Source: Eledone cirrhosa (Eukaryota). From it: a stretch of DNA of 64,000 bases. Both the position numbers and the translations under genes were made by a program. Where the stretch lies: the NCBI GenBank assembly GCA_964016885.1, contig CAXHJY010000918.1, forward strand, positions 1-64,000. The letters run 5' to 3'. Under the pieces are notes generated by a model. The model did not search any database. It had not been told where the DNA came from and saw only the letters and a list, made by a program, of their open reading frames with translations. This document shows positions 57,454-64,000 of this stretch, in pieces (positions within the stretch are counted from its first letter, which is position 1; each line of letters opens with the position of its first letter).

Positions 57454-57549
57454 ATGGCGACCGTTTGGAATTTGTTCATTCTTACGTGGCTTTTTATGGC
57501 GTGGCCAGTATCATTTGTTTTCGCAACCACTTATAAGGATAATGAAAAG
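57454..57549 (+). CDS. First coding exon of a secretory/membrane protein (signal peptide + TTYKDNEK); possibly TM9SF family
   Basis: gacATGG context; hydrophobic MATVWNLFILTWLFMAWPVSFVFA with a VFA cleavage motif; donor AAG|GTAATT. YKDNEK resembles the TM9SF mature N-terminus, but this is weak evidence. Confidence 0.62.
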
Positions 57550-58322
57550 GTAATTTTACATATATGCTTATTTATTAGATATTTTATTTGCTTGATTTTT
57601 GCTTTTATTCTATTAATTTGTTTATCGCCCGTCTGCTTCCGTATTGAATATATATATATATATCTTTGACACATCTTAAACTTAAGCCTTATGAGATGAT
57701 TTAAAGAAAGATTACAGTGTCATATATAACTGTCATATAAGTATTTCCTTCCTATAAGATTTTTATTTAAAAAAAAAAAAAAAAATGGATCTAACGTTCG
57801 GTCGATAAATGTACTATTTATTTTAAAGCGATTACTTGCCCTTAGATGAAATCAACACCGGAAGGTGTTGCTGCATTAGGTTATGTTTTAATGAAATATT
57901 TATTTAAATCGATTACCACCTCCCAGATGCTGTAACGCGTCAATTAACTCCCCTACACTATATTCTGATAGTGACACGCGAAAAAAAATTAACCTTCTTA
58001 CTACTATATATTAAGGACTTATTTTTACTGGTAAAAAACTGGTATGTAATATATATATATAGAGATAGAGAGAGATTTATATAGGTGTATATATATGTAT
58101 GTATAATGTAGTTTTGGGTGTGTGCAGTATATACGCTAAGGCGGTGCCTCATAATGTCCTTATTCAAATAACTGAAACCAGTTGGCTTTGCTGGCGATTT
58201 CCTTCGAATGAAACAGTTCTAGTCCTGTAGAATCCATTTCTATATTAAATTTGATGTTTACACTCTACTAATGTATTGAATAGCTTACTTACTGTGGTTA
58301 CCCCCCCCGATTCAACCCAGGA

Positions 58323-58359
<37 letters not shown>

Positions 58360-58654
58360 ATACGTGTCTGTATATAAATAAATGTGTGTGTGTGTCGAAT
58401 AACGTGGATCGGCTGTACAATAGGGTTTATTCAAAGTATTAACAATTGTTTTATTAGTCTGGTGTGTATAAAAACTGCTGTCCGTAAAATGCTGTGTATA
58501 TATATATATATATATATATTATACACACATAGTGTGACCCGTCGCATGAGTAATTTTGACAACAGTGGGTAAATACGTAAAAATATAAACCATGGTGCTA
58601 ATACAAATATATATAGAAATAAATAACAATTTTGAAAATGAAAATATTTTGCTT

Positions 58655-58686
<32 letters not shown>

Positions 58687-59042
58687 CTTCTCATTTGTAT
58701 ATTTGCAACAAATATTACATAAAAATAATGCTTATACTCTGATAAAGTGAAGGAGAGGTTTTACATAATAAATATATATAATTAACGATTTAGCTCTGTT
58801 TTTACTAAATCACTAAACTGCTTGAATCATCGAATGAAAATACATAAATATATGGAAAATAAATAACATTCTATATAAATTCACTACTCCATTTGGTTAA
58901 AATTCATTACATCACGTTCTGACATTACAAATCTATATATCGGTTCAATCCTTTTTCTGCGTCTGTCATTACCGCTATAACATAGACCTGTGTTGTTACT
59001 ATGTGTAAGAATATTAAAACAGTAGACTTGGCTGTTTCTTTC

Positions 59043-59078
<36 letters not shown>

Positions 59079-59958
59079 AAATTAGTGTTTATAATGTTTA
59101 ATATCATATATATATATATATATATGATATTAAACATTATATATGTGTGTGTGCGTGTGTAACTATGACTGTTCTCTCCTGAAGAACGAAGGGTAAAAAA
59201 GTGCATTGAGCTTAATTCATATTACCAATGAGAATAGTGAACTATAACCTTACATATATATATTATAAACACTAATTTAGTATTTAGTCTTCAAATTTAT
59301 TATTATTACTATATATATTTGTGTGTTTATGAGTCCCCACATCACGCCTGCAAAGTAGTACATAAACTACACGCTTCCGACTCGGATTTAGACCAGCGTG
59401 TTAAGCCAGGCACACCCACACCCCACAATACGTCAGACACTATCCACTTGCGTCAATGCTATCTTCATGTCCCGGCACCTCCTCCTCCACAGTGGGATGT
59501 CTGTATCCTCTCCACTTCAGTAAGTACCATGTAGCAGCAAGGGCTCCTCTCATTTATAAACCCAAACCACCATCAAAGCCTCCCCAGCCAGACCAAGGAC
59601 ACTGAGCATTCTAGTGTTATAATGTAATAAGGAAGTGCTGGTGCCAACAATGAAAACAGCCCGTTCTGTGAAGTAGTAGTGTTGTTGCCATATTGAAAAG
59701 CACCCAGTCCACTCTGAGGTGGTGGTGGTGCCATAAAATAAAGCACTGTCAACCATGGAAAAGTGGCAATGATACTACCAGAGTCACCATAAAATACTCC
59801 GAGTACATACTGTGAAGTGGTTGATGTTAGGAAGGGCATCCAACCATAAAGACCTTATTAAAATGGAGCATACCAGCAGGACATAGTCTCTTGATTAGTT
59901 TCACCTCAGCACATGACAACCCATCCAACCTTGGAAAGTTGATATTAAATAATGGTGC

Positions 59959-59974
<16 letters not shown>

Positions 59975-59989
<15 letters not shown>

Positions 59990-60260
59990 ATGTTGTGTCA
60001 CTGTGTGTGTGTGTGTGTGTATGTGTATGTATGTGCCACTGTGTGTGTGTGTGTATATATATATGTGTATGTATGTGTCACTGTGTGTGTATGTATGTGT
60101 GTGTGTGTGTGTATGTATGTGTCACTGTGTGTGTGTGTGTGTGTATGTATGTCACTGTGTGTGTGTGTGTGTATGTATGTGTCACTGTGTGTGTGTGTAT
60201 ATATGTGTCACTGTGTTTGTGTGTGTATGTATGTGTCACTGTGTTTGTGTATGTATCTGT
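59975..60260. repeat. Minisatellite of gtcac(tg)n(tatg)n units
   Basis: Repeated gtcactgtgtgtgt...gtatgtatgt. Confidence 0.9.
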
Positions 60261-60703
60261 ATATATAAATATATAAGTACACACATGCATTTATGTCTAT
60301 ATATATATCTACACATACTTATATTTTTATAGAGCTAGGAAATCGAACATTAAATTGATATGTTTGTATACATATTTGTATATTTGAAAATTGTACATGT
60401 GTGAAACTCCTGGGCTTCAAGTCACTCATGTAGCTCCACAGCTACTATATATATATATATATATATATACATCACTCTACCTCTGCATTGAGTTTCTCCT
60501 GTTTCCACAGCCAGTCCTATACAGATAAGACATTATCCACCCAGTCAGGTGGTATTGTGGGCACCAAATACATACCTTCAACTGTTTTGTGTTAGGCAAC
60601 CAGCTATAGGAATGATGCCAGAATGGTGGATGAGCAACACAAGGTCATCTGACTTCTCAGGCCTCAGAGCATGACGACCCATTTAACCCAGGTTGTAAAA
60701 TAG

Positions 60704-60776
<73 letters not shown>

Positions 60777-60804
60777 TATATCTAACTTGGCTGTGTTAGA
60801 AGTG

Positions 60805-61104
60805 AAGGCGCATGGCTTAGTGGTTAGAGCATTGGGCTTGCAATCGAAAGGTTGTGAGTTCAATTCTCGGACCGGGTGATGTGTTATTTCCTTGAGCAAG
60901 ATACTTTATTTCACGTTGCTCCAGTTTACTCAGCTGTAGAAATGAGTACCAGTCTGCCTGCCCAGCCAGTGGGATGGCTAAAACAGCACTACGTGCTGTG
61001 ACCAGCGGCGCCGATTGCTTCCCGACAGACTGGTCGGTCAAGGTGATCAAGGTGATATCTAACTTATGCTAGTGTGGAAAATGGACATTGAATGTTGATG
61101 ATGA
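60805..61104 (+). mobile_element. tRNA-head SINE with a variant 3' part
   Basis: gaaggcgcaTGGCTTAGTGGttagagc...GAGTTCAATTCTC, ccttgagcaagatacttta, (GAT)n end. Confidence 0.85.
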
Positions 61105-61109
61105 TCTCT

Positions 61110-61845
61110 CTCTATATATATATACATATATATATATGTGTATATATATATATATATTTATGTACATATGTATGTGTTTATATATATGTATTTATGTACA
61201 TATATATGTATGTGTATGTATATATATGTATGTGTATATATATGTATCTATATACATATTTGTATATATCTATATGTATGTATATATATCTATATATTTA
61301 TGTATGTGTATATATTTATATATATGTGTGTATATATTTATATATATGTATATATATATTTATATATATCTATATATATATTTATATATATGTATGTATA
61401 AATATATTTATATATATGTATATATACGTAAGTATAAATATATTTATATATATGTATATATACATATGTATTTATATATATATATGTATATATACATATG
61501 TATTTATATATATATATGTATATATACATATGTATTTATATATATATATGTATATACATATCTATTTATAGATATATGTATATACATATGTATTTAGATG
61601 TATATACATATGTATTTATATATATGTGTGTGTATATATATATACATATATATGTATATATATATATATATATATATACAGATATATGTACATTTATATA
61701 TGTCTATATATATTTTATATATTTATATATATGCATATTTATATATGTCTATATATATTTTGTATATTTATATGTCCATATATATTTATATGTATATTTA
61801 TATATGTCTACATATATTTATATATGTATATATATATATGTATAA

Positions 61846-61876
<31 letters not shown>

Positions 61877-62358
61877 TATAAATACATATATATATGTAAA
61901 TACATATTTACAGATCCATTTTAAAACCATATATATATCATCATAATCATCATCGTTTAACGTCTATTTTCCACGCTAGCATGGGTTTACGTATGTATGT
62001 GTATATATATATATTACATATAAACATATAAATATATACATATATATATTTGTATATATATATATGTATATATTTATATATATGTATATATATATATGTA
62101 TATGTATATATATATATGTATATATATATGTATATATATATATGTATATATATATGTATATATATATATGTATATATATATGTGTATATATATATGTATA
62201 TATATATGTATATATATATATGTATATATATATATGTATATATATATATGTATATATATATATGTATATGTATATATGTATATGTATATATGTATATGTA
62301 TATATGTATATGTATATATGTATATGTATATATGTATATATATATATGTATATATATG

Positions 62359-62408
<50 letters not shown>

Positions 62409-62486
62409 CATATATATACATATATATGTATATATATATATGTATATATATATATGTATATGTATATATATGTATATATATATATG

Positions 62487-62538
<52 letters not shown>

Positions 62539-62599
62539 CATATATATACATATATATGTATATATATATATATATGTATATATATATACATATATATAC

Positions 62600-62671
<72 letters not shown>

Positions 62672-62911
62672 CATCATCATCATCAACGTTTAACGTCCGT
62701 GTTCCACGCTTGCATGGGTTTGGACGGGGGTAGTCCCACTTGAGGCAAGAGTGATTGTCTTGCTCGCATAGGACTGTCTATACTATATGTATATATATAT
62801 GTATATATATATATGTATATATATATGTATATATTTATATATATGTATATATATATGTATATATATGTATATATGTATATGTATATATTTATGTATATAT
62901 GTATATATTTG

Positions 62912-62946
<35 letters not shown>

Positions 62947-63182
62947 GTATATATGTATATATATATGTATATATGTATATATATATGTATATATATGTAT
63001 ATATATGTATATATATATATATATGTATATATGTATATATATATGTATATATATGTATATATATATGTATATATATATGTATGTATATGTATATATATGT
63101 ATGTATATGTATATATATGTATGTATATGTATATATATGTATGTATATATGTATGTATATGTATATATATGTATATATGTAT

Positions 63183-63214
<32 letters not shown>

Positions 63215-63671
63215 GTGTATATGTATATATATGTATGTATGTATGTATATATATATATATATATGTGTATATGTATATATATATGTGTATATGTATATAT
63301 GTATATGTATATATATGTATATATATATATGTATATATATATATGTATATATATATGTATATATATTTATATCTATGTATATGTATATATATGTATATAT
63401 ATATATATATCTATGTATATGTATATATATGTATATATATATATATATCTATGTATATATCTATGTATATATATATTTATATCTATGTATATGTATATAT
63501 CTATGTATATATATATTTATATCTATGTATATGTATATATATGTATATATATATATATATATCTATGTATATATATATCTATGTATATATATATCTATGT
63601 ATATATATATCTATGTATATATATATATCTATGTATATATATATTTATATCTATGTATATGTATATATATG

Positions 63672-63702
<31 letters not shown>

Positions 63703-64000
63703 ATGTATATATATATGTATATATATATATATATCTATGTATATATATGTATATATCTATGTATATGTATATATCTATGTATATATATATATATATGTAT
63801 ATATCTATGTATATGTATATATCTATGTATATATATATATATATCTATGTATATATATATATATATCTATGTATATATATATATCTATGTATATATATAT
63901 ATCTATGTATATCTATGTATATATGTATATATCTATGTATATATATATATATATATGTGTATATATCTATGTATATATGTGTATATATATATATCTATGT
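61110..64000. repeat. Degenerate (TA)n array with RTE tail remnants (61940-61990, 62670-62780)
   Basis: Directly visible. Confidence 0.95.

Noticed and set aside
57854-57871. caacacc-GGAA-ggtgttg GNRA hairpin / ETS-like site in the first intron
   Set aside because: Too short to distinguish from chance without conservation data
60404-60425. aactcctgggcttcaagt resembling a primate Alu segment
   Set aside because: Under 20 bp with no further Alu similarity; chance match

Overview
AT-rich, repeat-saturated animal genomic DNA. It is most likely a coleoid cephalopod (Octopus-like), inferred from the SINE/RTE families and the very large (TA)n arrays. Nearly all Y/I-rich ORFs in the track are microsatellite artefacts. 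Only two host exons are supportable, a divergent pair of first coding exons: minus strand 54835-54921 (MDFHAAMETFAEAWVAAN..., possibly dve/SATB-like) and plus strand 57454-57549 (signal peptide, possibly TM9SF-like). Positions 1-54834 are therefore probably one giant intron. It holds a near-intact RTE LINE with an embedded PHD-like finger, many RTE fragments and RTE-tailed tRNA SINEs, a decayed CR1-group LINE, Helitrons, piggyBac and Tc1 MITEs, and several Penelope-like (PLE) elements. The main hidden signal is a set of about 12 minimal type I hammerhead ribozyme (HHR) motifs, found by eye on both strands. They include one ending a PLE, a retrozyme-like 434-bp repeat, a 340-bp palindrome and a ~600-bp inverted repeat each carrying two outward-facing HHRs, and an HHR whose cleavage-site end (GAAA-TATATATA) runs directly into a (TA)n array. 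That last case suggests ribozyme-defined targeting of TA microsatellites, which is an inference. Repeat boundaries are approximate.
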